Assembly: GCA_963703345.1 (NCBI GenBank)
Contig: OY969814.1
Coordinates: 864,001 to 928,000 of the forward strand
DNA: 64,000 nt
Origin: an uncultured Chloroflexia bacterium
Lineage (GTDB): Bacteria; Chloroflexota; Dehalococcoidia; DSTF01; JALHUB01
Reading direction: 5' to 3'
The translations under genes and the position numbers were made by a program. The notes under the pieces are model-generated. The model searched no databases and was not told the DNA's origin. It saw only the letters and a program-made list of their open reading frames with translations. Every line of letters begins with the position of its first letter. The first letter of the stretch is position 1. This document shows positions 39,254 through 51,004 of the stretch, in pieces.

Positions 39254-41868
39254 ACCCCCCTCACGCGTTGAGAGAGCTCGGGCAAAGCGTCTGGCTGGAC
39301 TATCTCCGGCGCGGCCTCGTCGAATCGGGCGAGCTCAAGCGTCTCATGGACGAATTCGCTGTTGCCGGCATTACTTCGAACCCCACCATCTTCAACAAGG
39401 CGATCTCCGGCTCCACCGACTACGACCAGGCCTTGCGCGCCCTCGTCGAGAGCGGCGAGCGCGACCCGAAGGCGTTGTTTTGGCGCCTCGCGGTTGACGA
39501 CATCGCGATGGCGGCGGATGTGTTCCGCCCGCTCTTCGACAGCCAGGACGGCGGCGACGGCTTCGTTAGCCTGGAGGCGTCGCCGGGGCTTGCCCACGAC
39601 ACCGCGGGCACCGTCGCCGAGGTCAAGGAGCTATGGCGTCGGCTGGGGCGCCCGAACGTCATGATCAAGGTGCCCGGCACGCCGGAAGGCGTCCCCGCCA
39701 TCGAAGAGCTGACGGCGCTAGGCATCAATATCAACGTCACGCTGCTCTTCAGCGTGACGGCCTACGAGCAGGTCGCGCTGGCCTACGTCAAGGCGCTGGA
39801 GCGGCGGCTGGAAGCAGGGCAGTCGCTGAAGGGCATCAGCAGTGTCGCCTCTTTCTTCGTCTCGCGCGTTGACACCGCGGTGGATGCGCTCCTGCCGAAC
39901 GATTCGCCGCTACGGGGCAAAGTCGCCATCGCCAACGCGAAGACCGCCTACCAGCTCTTCAAGCGTCTCTTCTCCGGCGAGCGCTGGGAGCGGCTGGCGG
40001 CGGCGGGCGCGCGGGTGCAGCGGCCTCTATGGGCCTCCACCGGCACTAAGAATCCCGCCTACTCCGACGTCCTCTACGTCGAAGAGCTCATCGGGCCGGA
40101 CACGGTGAACACGCTGCCCGAAGCGACCCTGCGGGCTTTCGCCGACCACGGGCGCGTCGCCCCGACGCTGGAGAAAGGCGTCGACGAGGCGGAACGCGTC
40201 ATCGCCTCGCTTCCTGCGGCCGGCGTCGACCTCGACGCGGCAACCGCCAAGCTGCTGGACGACGGCGTGGCCGCCTTTACGGGAGACTTTGAGAAGTTGC
40301 TGGAGACGATCGACAAGAAGTGCGGCGCGATCCTGGAAGAGGAGCGGCGGCCGCTGGTCAGCCTCGGTGCGCTGGGGCCCGCCGTCGAGGTGCGGCTGGC
40401 GCAACTGGCACGCGAGGACGTGCCGCGACGCATCTGGGGCAGAGACCACACCGTCTGGAAGCTGGACCCGAAGGAGATCAGTGACCGCCTCGGCTGGCTG
40501 ACTGTCGCGGAGCAGATGACCGACGCCGTGTCGGAACTGACCGCGTTCGGCCGCCGCGTTGCCGACGAGGGTTTCCAGGACGCGGTGCTCATGGGCATGG
40601 GCGGCTCCAGCCTCGCGCCGGAGGTCATTCACGCCACCTTCGGCGCAATGCCCGCATTCCCTCGCCTGCACGTCCTCGACACGACGGACCCGAGCAGTAT
40701 CCTGGCGCTGGAGCGCTCGCTCGACCTCAATCGGACGCTGTTCATCGTCGCCAGCAAGTCCGGCGGCACCGTCGAGACGGCCTGCCAGTGCGCCTATTTC
40801 TATGGCAAAGTGCCGCGCGGCGACCAGTTCGTCGCCATCACCGACGCCGGCTCTTCGCTTGACGATTTCGCGCGGGAGAAGCGCTTCCGACGGGTCTTTC
40901 TCAATCCGACCGACATTGGCGGGCGCTACTCGGCGCTCTCCTACTTCGGCCTAGCGCCGGCGGCGATCGTCGGCGCGCCCATCGGCGAGCTCATCGAACA
41001 GGCGACGGAGATGGCCTGTGCCTGCGCCTCCTACGTCCCGGTCGCGGACAACCCGGGGCTGTGGCTCGGCGCCGTCATGGCGGAGGCGGCGCTGGCAGGT
41101 CGCGACAAGCTGACGCTGGTCCTGCCGCCCGCCATCTCGACATTCGGGACGTGGGTGGAGCAGCTCGTGGCGGAATCGACGGGCAAGGAGGGCAAAGGCA
41201 TTCTGCCCGTGGAAGGCGAGCCGCTGGGGCCGGCCGGCGTCTACGGCGACGACCGCCTCTTCGTCTCGTTGGGCGAGTCAATCGACCTGCGCCCGCTCGC
41301 CACTCTCAAGTTCGACGGCCCAACGCGGCTGGGAGCGGAGTTCTTCCGCTGGGAGTTCGCGACAGCCGTCGCCGGCGCCATCCTCGGTATCAATCCCTTC
41401 GACCAGCCGAACGTCCAGGAGGCGAAAGATGCCACTAATCGCATTCTTTCGGCTTCCGACGACGTACTGCCGGAGGTCACGAACGACGACCTCGCGACGC
41501 TCCTCAGCCATGTCCGGCCCGGCGACTACATCGCAATTACCGCCTTCATCCCGCGCAACGCGGAGAGCGAAGAGGCGCTGCGGAGCGTGCGCGTTCGCCT
41601 GCGCGGTCACTTCAAGGTCGCGACCACGGTCGGCTTCGGGCCGCGCTACCTCCATTCGACGGGCCAGCTCCACAAGGGCGGCCCCAACAAGGGCCTCTTC
41701 ATCCAGGTCGTCTCGCCCGACGCCGAAGACGTGCCTATACCAGGCCGTCCGTACACTTTCGGAAAGCTGAAGGCGGCGCAGGCGCTCGGCGACCTGGAAT
41801 CGCTGCGAGCGCACGGGCGTCGCGCCGGCCGCGTGCCCCTCGATGCGCTGCTTAGCTGGAGGGCATGA
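39250..41868 (+). CDS. tal: Bifunctional transaldolase / glucose-6-phosphate isomerase
   Basis: Tal half: GQSVWLD, TSNPTIF, IKVP, SFFVSRVD, LWASTG. Pgi half: GMGGSSL, SKSGGT, GGRYS, AESTGK, NPFDQPNV, HSTGQLHKGG. Confidence 0.93.
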   Translation: MNPPHALRELGQSVWLDYLRRGLVESGELKRLMDEFAVAGITSNPTIFNKAISGSTDYDQALRALVESGERDPKALFWRLAVDDIAMAADVFRPLFDSQDGGDGFVSLEASPGLAHDTAGTVAEVKELWRRLGRPNVMIKVPGTPEGVPAIEELTALGININVTLLFSVTAYEQVALAYVKALERRLEAGQSLKGISSVASFFVSRVDTAVDALLPNDSPLRGKVAIANAKTAYQLFKRLFSGERWERLAAAGARVQRPLWASTGTKNPAYSDVLYVEELIGPDTVNTLPEATLRAFADHGRVAPTLEKGVDEAERVIASLPAAGVDLDAATAKLLDDGVAAFTGDFEKLLETIDKKCGAILEEERRPLVSLGALGPAVEVRLAQLAREDVPRRIWGRDHTVWKLDPKEISDRLGWLTVAEQMTDAVSELTAFGRRVADEGFQDAVLMGMGGSSLAPEVIHATFGAMPAFPRLHVLDTTDPSSILALERSLDLNRTLFIVASKSGGTVETACQCAYFYGKVPRGDQFVAITDAGSSLDDFAREKRFRRVFLNPTDIGGRYSALSYFGLAPAAIVGAPIGELIEQATEMACACASYVPVADNPGLWLGAVMAEAALAGRDKLTLVLPPAISTFGTWVEQLVAESTGKEGKGILPVEGEPLGPAGVYGDDRLFVSLGESIDLRPLATLKFDGPTRLGAEFFRWEFATAVAGAILGINPFDQPNVQEAKDATNRILSASDDVLPEVTNDDLATLLSHVRPGDYIAITAFIPRNAESEEALRSVRVRLRGHFKVATTVGFGPRYLHSTGQLHKGGPNKGLFIQVVSPDAEDVPIPGRPYTFGKLKAAQALGDLESLRAHGRRAGRVPLDALLSWRA

Positions 41869-42738
41869 TGCAGATCGGCATGGTCGGTCTTGGCCGCATG
41901 GGCGGCAACATGGCGGAGCGACTGCGTCGCGGCGGCCACGACGTCATCGGCTACGACAACGACCCGGCGAAGTCCCAGGCGGCATCGCTTTCAGAGCTTG
42001 TCGCCAAGCTCCAGGCGCCACGAGCCGTCTGGCTGATGGTTCCGGCCGGCGAAGTGACCGAGCAGAGTATCAAGGAGATCGCCGGCCTCCTTCAACCGGG
42101 CGACTTCAGTCGTCGACGGCGGCAACTCCTACTTCCGCGACAGTATCCGACGCGGCGGCGAGCTGGCGGAGCGCGGTTTTCTCTTCGTCGACGCCGGCGT
42201 CTCCGGCGGCATCTGGGGGCTGGAGATCGGCTACTGCCTCATGGTCGGCGGCAGCGACGAGGCCTTCCAGCGCATCGAGCCCGCGCTGAAGACGCTCGCG
42301 CCTCCAGACGGCTACGCCCGCGTCGGTCCCGTTGGTGCCGGGCATTTCGCTAAGATGGTGCACAACGGCATCGAATACGCGATGCTGGAAGCCTACGCGG
42401 AGGGCTTCGACGTCCTGGCGGCATCGCAGTTCGACTTCGACCTCCACGAACTGGCGCGGCTCTGGAATCAGGGCAGCGTCGTGCGGTCCTGGCTGCTGGA
42501 ACTGGCGGAGCGCGCCTTCGCCGCCGACCCGCGCCTGGCCGACATCCGCGGCTACGTCGAGGACTCCGGCGAAGGGCGTTGGACCGTGCTGGAAGCGATC
42601 GGCGAGAGCGTTCCCGCTCCGGCAATCACGCTGAGCCTGTTCCGTCGTTTCGCCTCGCGGCAGGAGGACTCATTCGCCATGAAAGTCATCGCCGCGCTGC
42701 GCAAGGAGTTCGGCGGCCACGCGGTGAAGACGGAGTAG
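41865..42738 (+). CDS. gnd: 6-phosphogluconate dehydrogenase, short decarboxylating (YqeC/GntZ) type; +1 frameshift near 42108
   Basis: GLGRMG and WLMVPAG. Removing A42108 restores DGGNS, then GVSGG, GHFAKMVHNGIEY, DSGEGRWT, FGGH. Confidence 0.92.
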
Positions 42739-42759
42739 CGGCTGGCAGAGGCGGCCGCC

Positions 42760-43386
42760 ATGAGACGTGAGCTGGTCGTGACGGACGACATCCCCGAGGC
42801 GGCGGTGCGGCTGTTCCGCGAGGCTAGGCCGCGAACGCTCGTGCTTGCCGGCGGCGAGACGCCTCGACCGACCTATCGGCGCCTCGCGCGGGAAAAGTAC
42901 TGCTGGAATGAGGTGGACGTGTTCTTCGGCGATGAGCGCTGCGTGCCGCCGGACCATCCCGACTCCAATTACCGCATGGCAAACGAAGCGCTTCTTTCCT
43001 CCGTCGCGGCGCGCGTCCACCGCATGCCCGGCGAGAGCTGCGACGCCGAATCGTACGAGCGGGAGTTGCGCGAGATCTTCGGCGACATGCCGCGCTTCGA
43101 CCTTGCTTTCCTGGGACTCGGGCCGGAAGGCCACACCGCGTCGCTCTTCTCGGGAGATCCGGCCCTCGATGAGAAGGAGAGTTGGGTGGTCCGCGTGTCG
43201 CGCCCGGACCATGAGCGCCTGACGCTCACGCCGCCGGTGCTCTCAGCGGTGCGACTGGCTGTCTTCCTGGTCGCCGGCGCGGAAAAGCGCGACGCGTTGC
43301 GACGAATGATGGCCGGCGAAGACATACCGGCGAATCGGGTCGCGGCCGAGCGCGTTATCGTGCTGGCGGACGCCGCGGCGTCGTGA
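42760..43386 (+). CDS. pgl: 6-phosphogluconolactonase
   Basis: LAGGETP, FFGDERCVPPDHPDSNY, LGLGPEGHTASLF, R.TLT. Confidence 0.93.
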   Translation: MRRELVVTDDIPEAAVRLFREARPRTLVLAGGETPRPTYRRLAREKYCWNEVDVFFGDERCVPPDHPDSNYRMANEALLSSVAARVHRMPGESCDAESYERELREIFGDMPRFDLAFLGLGPEGHTASLFSGDPALDEKESWVVRVSRPDHERLTLTPPVLSAVRLAVFLVAGAEKRDALRRMMAGEDIPANRVAAERVIVLADAAAS

Positions 43387-43601
43387 AGCTGGTCCGATCC
43401 CTGCTCGCACGTCGCGGAGGCGGTGGCGCTTCTGGGAGAGAGCGTGCGCAAGGCGGAGCCGCTGCCTTGAGACCGGACGATCCTATTGCCTTATTAGCCC
43501 ACTCGTTTTACTGTCGTAGACGGAGGAGGGACCCATCGCCGATGACTCCCATGGTTCGAAGGGAGCGAGCGTGAGACGGGCCGCGGCGGGCTTCCTTCCG
43601 C

Positions 43602-43650
43602 TTGCATTTTAATTCACGAGGCCGCTATGCTCGCACTGGCATAGCGGCCT
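43602..43650 (+). promoter_or_regulatory. Putative nuo promoter (TTGCAT-18-TATGCT) overlapped by a perfect 12-bp inverted repeat
   Basis: AGGCCGCTATGC-N8-GCATAGCGGCCT at 43619-43650. Confidence 0.5.
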
Positions 43651-43694
43651 TGCTGCGCGGAGTCCTGTCGTCAGGGAGCGTGAATCGAGGGTAG

Positions 43695-44084
43695 ATGAGG
43701 ACTGATCTCTGGCCCTTTTTCGTCTACCTCGGCGCCAGCCTTGTTGTGCTGGGCGGTATGCTGGTCTTCTCCTTCCTGCTCGGGCAGCGCCATCGTGAGC
43801 CGGCCACCGGGACCCCCTACGAGTCGGGAATCCTGCCCACGGGCACGGCGCGCGTCCGCTACGATGTCCTCTACTACCTGGTCGCCATGTTCTTCGTCAT
43901 CTTCGACCTAGAGGCGGTCTTTATCTTCCTCTGGGCCGTTGCCCTGCGAAGCGCCGGCTGGACCGGCTACATCGACGCCGCCGTCTTCATAGGCGTCCTA
44001 GTCGCCGGCCTGGCCTATCTGTGGCGACTGGGCGCGCTGGATTGGGGAGGCCTTGGTCAGGGAGGGCAGCGACTTGACAGATAG
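43695..44084 (+). CDS. nuoA: NADH-quinone oxidoreductase subunit A
   Basis: [25 protein letters not shown]. Confidence 0.93.
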   Translation: MRTDLWPFFVYLGASLVVLGGMLVFSFLLGQRHREPATGTPYESGILPTGTARVRYDVLYYLVAMFFVIFDLEAVFIFLWAVALRSAGWTGYIDAAVFIGVLVAGLAYLWRLGALDWGGLGQGGQRLDR

Positions 44085-44724
44085 CAACGCGACGCGGTTC
44101 CCCGACGCGATCGAACGCCCAGGCGAAGGCGGCGGCCGGGGCGCGCTCGACGCCCTGGTCTCGCGCATCGTCGTCCTGTCGCGCGTTCAGGACCTCATCG
44201 CCTGGGGCCGCAAGAACTCCCTTTGGCCCTTTAACTTCGGCCTTTCCTGCTGCTACGTCGAGATGGCGACCAGCCTCACCAGCCGGTTCGACCTCGCCCG
44301 CTTCGGCGCCGAGGTGATCCGCGGCACGCCCCGCGAGGCCGACGTGATGATCGTCGCCGGCACCGTCTTCCGGAAGATGGCGCCCTCTATCAAACGACTT
44401 TACGAGCAGATGATGGAGCCGCGCTGGATCATTTCGATGGGGTCCTGCGCCAACTCCGGCGGGATGTATGACATCTACAGCGTCGTGCAGGGCGTCGACA
44501 AGTTCATGCCGGTGGATGTGTACGTGCCCGGTTGTCCGCCGCGGCCCGACGCGTTCTTGGAAGGGCTGATCCTGCTGCAGAAAGCGGTGGGCAACGAGAA
44601 GCGCCCGCTGAGCTGGGTTGTCGGCGACCAGCGCGTCTACAGGCAGACGCCGCCCTCGCTGCGGGACCTCAAGCGGTCGGAGCGGCAGGCGATGGAGACG
44701 TATCACCCCATGAACGAAGTTTAG
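44074..44724 (+). CDS. nuoB: NADH-quinone oxidoreductase subunit B
   Basis: [27 protein letters not shown]. Confidence 0.95.
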   Translation: MTDSNATRFPDAIERPGEGGGRGALDALVSRIVVLSRVQDLIAWGRKNSLWPFNFGLSCCYVEMATSLTSRFDLARFGAEVIRGTPREADVMIVAGTVFRKMAPSIKRLYEQMMEPRWIISMGSCANSGGMYDIYSVVQGVDKFMPVDVYVPGCPPRPDAFLEGLILLQKAVGNEKRPLSWVVGDQRVYRQTPPSLRDLKRSERQAMETYHPMNEV

Positions 44725-44735
44725 AGACAGACCGA

Positions 44736-46518
44736 ATGCCGGAAGCTGAAGTTCAGACGCAACAGGACGCCGCCGCCGAGCCCGGCATCGCCCGGGAGCT
44801 GCGCGCGCGCTTCCCCGGCGCCGCCTTCACCCTCCAGCAGACCCGCGACGGCATTCCGACGCTCTGGACGGCAAAGGAGGACGTCGTTCAAGTCCTGCGC
44901 TTCCTAAAGTCCGAGGCGGCTCGCCCTTATGCCCAGCTCTACGACTTAACGGCGATCGACGAGCGCCTCCGTGGGCACCGCGAGGGCCAGCCGCCGAGCG
45001 ATTTCACCGTCGTCTACCACCTCATCTCCTACGAGCGCAACGAAGACGTGCGGATCAAGGTCGCGCTCACCGGCGACAAGCTGTCGATGCCCAGCGCAGT
45101 GGGAGTCTTCCCGAACGCCAACTGGTACGAACGCGAGGCCTGGGACATGTTCGGCGTCACCTTCGAGGGGCATCCAAACCTTCGACGCATCCTCATGCCG
45201 AACACCTGGAAGGGCCATCCCCTGCGCAAGGATTACCCCGCTCGCGCTACTGAGCTGCCGCCGTTCAGCCTGTCGGACGCGCAGGAGGAGGAAGAGCAGA
45301 AGGCGATGCAGTTCCGCCCCGAGGACTGGGGCATGCAGCGCCAGACCGAAGACGCCGATCTCATCTTCCTCAACCTGGGGCCGCAGCATCCCGGGACGCA
45401 CGGCATACTGCGCGTCGTCCTCCAGCTTGACGGCGAGCGGATCGTCGATGCAGTGCCCGACATCGGCTACCACCATCGCGGCGCCGAGAAGATGGGCGAG
45501 CGGCAATCCTGGCATAGCTACATCCCCTATACCGACCGCGTGGAGTATCTGGGCGGCGTGATGAACAACCTGCCTTACGTGATGGCCGTCGAGAAGCTGG
45601 CGGGCATCGAGGTGCCGGACAGGGTGAAGGTCATCCGCGTGATGATGTGCGAGCTTTTCCGTATTATGAGCCACCTCGTCTGGTACGGAACCTTCGCCGG
45701 CGACGTCGGCGCCCTTTCGCCCGTCTTCTACATGTTCAGCGACCGCGAGCGCGCCTTCGAAATCATCCAGGCCGTGTGTGGCGCCCGCATGCACCCGAGC
45801 TGGTTCCGCATCGGCGGCGTCGCCCATGACCTGCCGAACGGCTGGGACCAGATGATGCGCGACTTCGTCGCCTCGATGCCGCCGCGCCTCACCGAATATG
45901 ACAACCTTGTGATGAAGAACCCCATCTTTAAGGCCCGCACGCAGGGAATCGGCGCTTACACGCTGCGGGACGCCATCGAATGGGGCGTGACCGGCCCCGG
46001 CCTGCGCGCCTGCGGATTCAAGTGGGACTGGCGCAAGAACCGACCCTACTCCGGCTATGACCAGTTTGATTTCGAGATTCCGACGGCGACGAAGGGCGAC
46101 TGCTACGACCGCGCCGTCGTCCGCGTCGAGGAGATGCGGCAGAGCCTGCGCATCATTCGAGCAGTGCATCGACAACATGCCGTCCGGCCCCTACAAGTCG
46201 GACCATCCGCTGGCGACGCCGCCGCTCAAAGAGCGCACGATGCACGACATCGAGACGCTGATCACCCACTTCCTCGGCGTGAGCTGGGGCCCGGTGATTC
46301 CGCCGGGCGAGGCGTGCGTCGGCGTCGAGGCGACGAAGGGGAACAACAGCTATTACCTGATCAGCGATGGGAACACCATGTCCTATCGCACCCGCATCCG
46401 GACGCCGACGTTCCCGCACATGCAGATGGTGCCGCTGATGTCGCGCGGCGCCCTGATCCCGGACCTGATGGCGATCCTGGGCAGCATCGACTATGTGCTT
46501 TCGGACGTGGACCGTTGA
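44736..46518 (+). CDS. nuoCD: Fused NADH-quinone oxidoreductase subunit C/D; +1 frameshift near 46157
   Basis: [39 protein letters not shown]; the C-terminus ending SDVDR is in the shifted frame. Confidence 0.93.
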
Positions 46519-46527
46519 GGTGACAGT

Positions 46528-46993
46528 TTGCTGACGCAAGAGGAGCGAGAGGAGATAGACGCCGCGGTCGCCATGTCGGGGCGAAACCGCGCCGCCTGCA
46601 TCGATGCCATGATGGCGGTGCAGCAGCATCGTGGCTGGCTCTCCGACGAGACGCTCGCCGACCTCGCCGACTACCTGCGCCTGACAACGGCGGAGCTTGA
46701 CTCCGTCGCGACGTTCTACAATCTGATCTTCCGCAAGCCGGTGGGCCGGCACGTCATTCTCGTCTGCGACAGCGTGAGCTGCTGGCTCCTGGACTACGAG
46801 ACGCTGCTGGACCACCTGAAGTCGCGCCTGGGCGTCGAAGTCGGCGGGACGACGGAGGACGGGCGCTTCACGCTGCTGCCGTCGGTTTGCCTGGGCGCCT
46901 GCGACCACGCGCCGGCGATGATGGTCGACGGCGACGCAGTACGGGAACCTGACGCCGGAGAAGATCGACGCGATCCTCGGGGAGTGCAAGTGA
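46528..46993 (+). CDS. nuoE: NADH-quinone oxidoreductase subunit E; +1 frameshift near 46936
   Basis: VATFY, CDSVSC, CLGACD.AP; after correction it ends YGNLTPEKIDAILGECK*. Confidence 0.9.
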
Positions 46994-48274
46994 TGGACGA
47001 GAAGCCGCTGACCGGTCGCATCCGTTCCGGCGAAGGCCCGGTCGACCCTCGCCGAGTACGAGCGCACGGGCGGCTATCAGGGCCTGCGCAAGGCGCTCAA
47101 GATGCCGCCCAGCGACGTCATCGACATGGTGAAGGCCTCGACCCTCAAGGGACGCGGCGGCGCCGGCTTCCTGACGGGCATGAAGTGGAGCTTTGTCCCA
47201 ATGGGCGCGGACGCCCCGCAGCCCAAGTACGTCGTCGCCAACGCCGACGAGATGGAGCCGGGCACGTTCAAGGACCGCGTCCTAATGGAAGGCGACCCGC
47301 ACATGCTCATCGAGGGCATGATCATCGCCGCCTACGCCATCGAGGCGGAAGCGGCCTATATCTTCCTGCGCCGCGAGTACGGGCCATCCGCCGCGGCGCC
47401 TCAAGAAAGCTATCGCCGAGGCTTACGCCGCCGGTTATCTCGGCAAGAACATCCTCGGCTCGGGCCTCAACCTGGAGATGCACCTCCATCTCAGCGCCGG
47501 ACGCTACATGTGCGGCGAGGAAACAGGTCTCATCAACTCGCTGGAAGGGAAGCGCGCCAACCCGCGCGACAAACCGCCCTTCCCCGCCGTCGTCGGCCTC
47601 TGGGGCAAGCCGACCATCGTCAACAACGTCGAGACGTTCTGCAACGTGCCGCACATCATCGACAAAGGCGCCGAATGGTATCGCGGTCTCAGCAAGACGA
47701 ACGACGGCGGCACCAAGCTCTACGGCGTCAGCGGCAGGGTCAAGCGCCCCGGCTGCTGGGAGCTGCCCATGGGCACGACGATGCGCGAGCTCCTGGAAGA
47801 GCATGCCGGCGGCATGCAGGATGGCTATCGCTTCCGCGGCGCTCCTGCCGGGCGGCGCCTCGACGGACTTTCTCCTGGAAGAACACCTGGATACGCCGCT
47901 GGACTTCAGTTCGCTTCAGCAGCACGGCAGCCGCCTGGGCACCGGCACGATGATCGTCCTCGACGACAAGACCTGTCCCGTCGCGATGCAGCGTGAACCT
48001 CGAGCACTTCTTCGCCCAGGAGTCCTGCGGCTGGTGCACGCCCTGCTGGGGTGGACTGCACTGGGCCGAGCACACTCTGCGCAAGATCGAAGCGGGCAGC
48101 GGCACGCCCGCCGATCTCGAGATACTCGAAAAGCATCTCGCGTCGCCTGCAGCCCGGGCAACACCTTCTGCGCCCTGGCGCCCGGCGCCAATGGAGCCGC
48201 TCCAGAGCGCTCTGGTGCACTTCCGCGACGATTTCGAGCAGCACGTTCGCGAGCAGCGGTGCCCCTGGAGATAG
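46993..48274 (+). CDS. nuoF: NADH-quinone oxidoreductase subunit F; several frameshifts
   Basis: [56 protein letters not shown], spread over different frames. Confidence 0.9.
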
Positions 48275-48275
48275 C

Positions 48276-51004
48276 ATGGCGACGATTAGTCATCGACGAG
48301 CGCGAGTACGAGGTGCGGGACGGCCAGAACCTGCTCCAGGCAGCCTGTCGCTGGGGCTCGACATGCCGTACTTCTGCTGGCACCCGGCCATGGGCTCCGT
48401 CGGCGCCTGCCGTCAGTGCGCGGTCAAGCAGTTCAGAGACGAGAACGACACCCAGGGCCGGATCGTGATGGCCTGCATGACTCCCGCGACCGACGGCATG
48501 CCGCATCTCCATCGACGACCCGGAGGCGCGCGATTTCCGCGCCGGCGTCATCGAGCTGGCTCATGATCAACCACCCGCACGACTGCCCGGTCTGCGACGA
48601 GGGCGGCGAGTGCCATCTCCAGGACATGACGGTCATGACCGGCCACAACTATCGCCGCTACCGCGGCAAGAAGCGCACCTTCCGCAATCAGGACCTCGGC
48701 CCGCTCGTCAACCACGAGATGAACCGCTGCATCCAGTGCTATCGCTGCGTGCGCTTCTACCGCGACTACGCCGGCGGCCGCGACTTCGACGTCTTCGGCC
48801 TGCGCAGACCGCGTCTACTTCGGCCGCCAGGACGACGGCGTGCTGGAGAGCGAGTTCAGCGGCAACCTGGTGGAGGTCTGCCCCACCGGCGTCTTCACCG
48901 ACAAGACGCTTAAGGAGCACTACACGCGCAAGTGGGACCTGCAGACCGCGCCGTCCGATCTGCGTGCACTGCAGCCTCGGCTGCAACACCATCCCCGGCG
49001 AGCGCTACGGCATGCTGCGGCGCATCCGCAATCGCTACAACGGCGAGGTGAACGGCTACTTCCTCTGCGACCGCGGCCGCTACGGCTACGAGTTCGTCAA
49101 CGGCGACCGCCGCCTCCGCAGCGCCCTCGTCCGCGAGAAGCGCGGCGATGAGGCGACGCCGGTGGAAAGCGGCCAAGCGCTGCGTGCGGCGGCCTCGGCG
49201 CTCAAGGCAAGGGAAGCGCCTGATCGGGATCGGCTCGCCGCGGGCGTCGCTGGAGGCGAACTTCGCGCTGCGCACGCTCGTCGGGCCCGACAACTTCTAC
49301 GCCGGCGTCTCGGCGCTCGAACAGCGACTCGCCCGGCTCACACTCGACATAATACAAAGTGGCCCCGCTCGATCACCCTCGCTCGCCGACGTGGCCCGTT
49401 GCGATGCCGCTCTCGTCCTCGGCGAAGACGTGACGCAAACAGCGCCGAGACTGGCGCTCGCTCTCCGTCAGTCGCAGAAGCGGGCGCCCCTCCGGGAAGC
49501 AGCGAAGCTGCGCGTGCCGGAATGGGACGCCGCCGGCGTTCGCAACTCCACACAGGAAGCGCGCGGGCCGCTCTACATTGCCGCAACGCAGGGAACGCGA
49601 CTGGACGAGGTGGCGACGCGAAGCTATCGCGCCGCGCCGGAAGAGATAGCGCGGCTGGGGTTCGCTGTCGCCCACGCCATCGATGACGCGTCGCCCGCCG
49701 TGCCCGGCCCGCCAGCGGATGTCGCGGCGCTGGCAGCCGAGATCGCGGCTTCGCTCGTCGCCGCTGAGGCGCCGCTCGTCGTCAGCGGCGGCGGTTGCGG
49801 CAGCGAGGACATCTTGCGCGCGGCCGCGAACGTCGCCCGGGCGCTGCGACGCAAAGGACGCCCCGCGCAGCTTTGCCTGACTGTCCCCGAGTGCGACAGC
49901 CTCGGCCTGTCGCTCCTGGGCGGCGGAAGCCTGGCCGACGCGCTCGCCGCCGCACCGGACATGGTCGTCATTCTGGAGAACGACCTCTATCGGCGTGCCG
50001 ACGCGGCTTCCGTCAATGCGTTCCTGGGCGCGGCCAAGCGCGTCATCGTCGTCGACCACACCGCGAACGCGACGACCGCGCGCGCCGACATCCTCCTGCC
50101 CGCGGCGACCTTCGCGGAGAGCGATGGCACTCTCGTGAACAACGAGGGCCGGGCTCAACGCTCCTACCAGGTGTTCCCGCCGCCCGGCGACGTGTCCGAG
50201 AGCTGGCGCTGGCTCCGGGATCTGGGGGTCGAGGCCGGGCGTCGCGAGTTCGAAAGCTGGGCGAATATCGACGCCGTTGGCGCCGCGCTGGCGACGGCCG
50301 TGCCCGTCCTCGCGCCCATCACGGAAATCGGGCCGCCAGCCGAATTCCTCATCGTTGGCCGGCCCATCGCCCGACAACCCGGTCGCTACAGTGGTCGCAC
50401 GGCCATGAACGCCAACGCCAACGTGAGTGAGTCGCCGCCGCCGGAGGACGGCGATTCGCCGTTCGTGTTCTCCATGGAGGGCTATCAGGGGCAGCCGCCG
50501 TCGCCGCTTATCCCGCGCTTCTGGGCGCCCGGCTGGAACTCCGTGCAGGCGCTGAACAAGTTCCAGGAGGAGATTGCCGGCCCTCTGCGCGGCGGCGATC
50601 CGGGACGTCGACTCATCGAGGCACCGGAGAACGCCGAAACGCCCTATTACGGCGATGTCCCCGAAGCGCGCGCGCCCCCAAGCGGCAACTATCGCGTCGT
50701 TGCGGCGCACCACATCTTCGGCTCCGAGGAGCTGAGCGCTCTCGCGCCGGGAATCGCGAAGCTGGCGCCGCAGCCTTACGCCGGCCTCAGCCCCGACGAC
50801 GCCAATGACATGTCCTTGAGCCCTGGCCAGGAGGTCGAAGTGACGCTGGCCGGCCAGACGTTGCGCCTGCCGGTGCGCATCCTCCAAGGCCTGCCGAGGG
50901 GGATGGTCGCGCTGCCGGTTGGGCTGGAGCGCATGGAGTCGTTTGAGCTTCCGGCATTTGGCCGGCTTGGAAACCCGCGCGATGAGAAGGAGTCGGCGTC
51001 TTGA
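48276..51004 (+). CDS. nuoG: NADH-quinone oxidoreductase subunit G (long form); several frameshifts in the 5' third
   Basis: [49 protein letters not shown] (N7 cluster), [11 protein letters not shown]. Confidence 0.9.

Noticed and set aside
43542-43574. 10-codon ORF MTPMVRRERA after a GGAGGAGG-like sequence
   Set aside because: The SD-to-ATG spacing is long, and there is no attenuator-type codon bias or other support.
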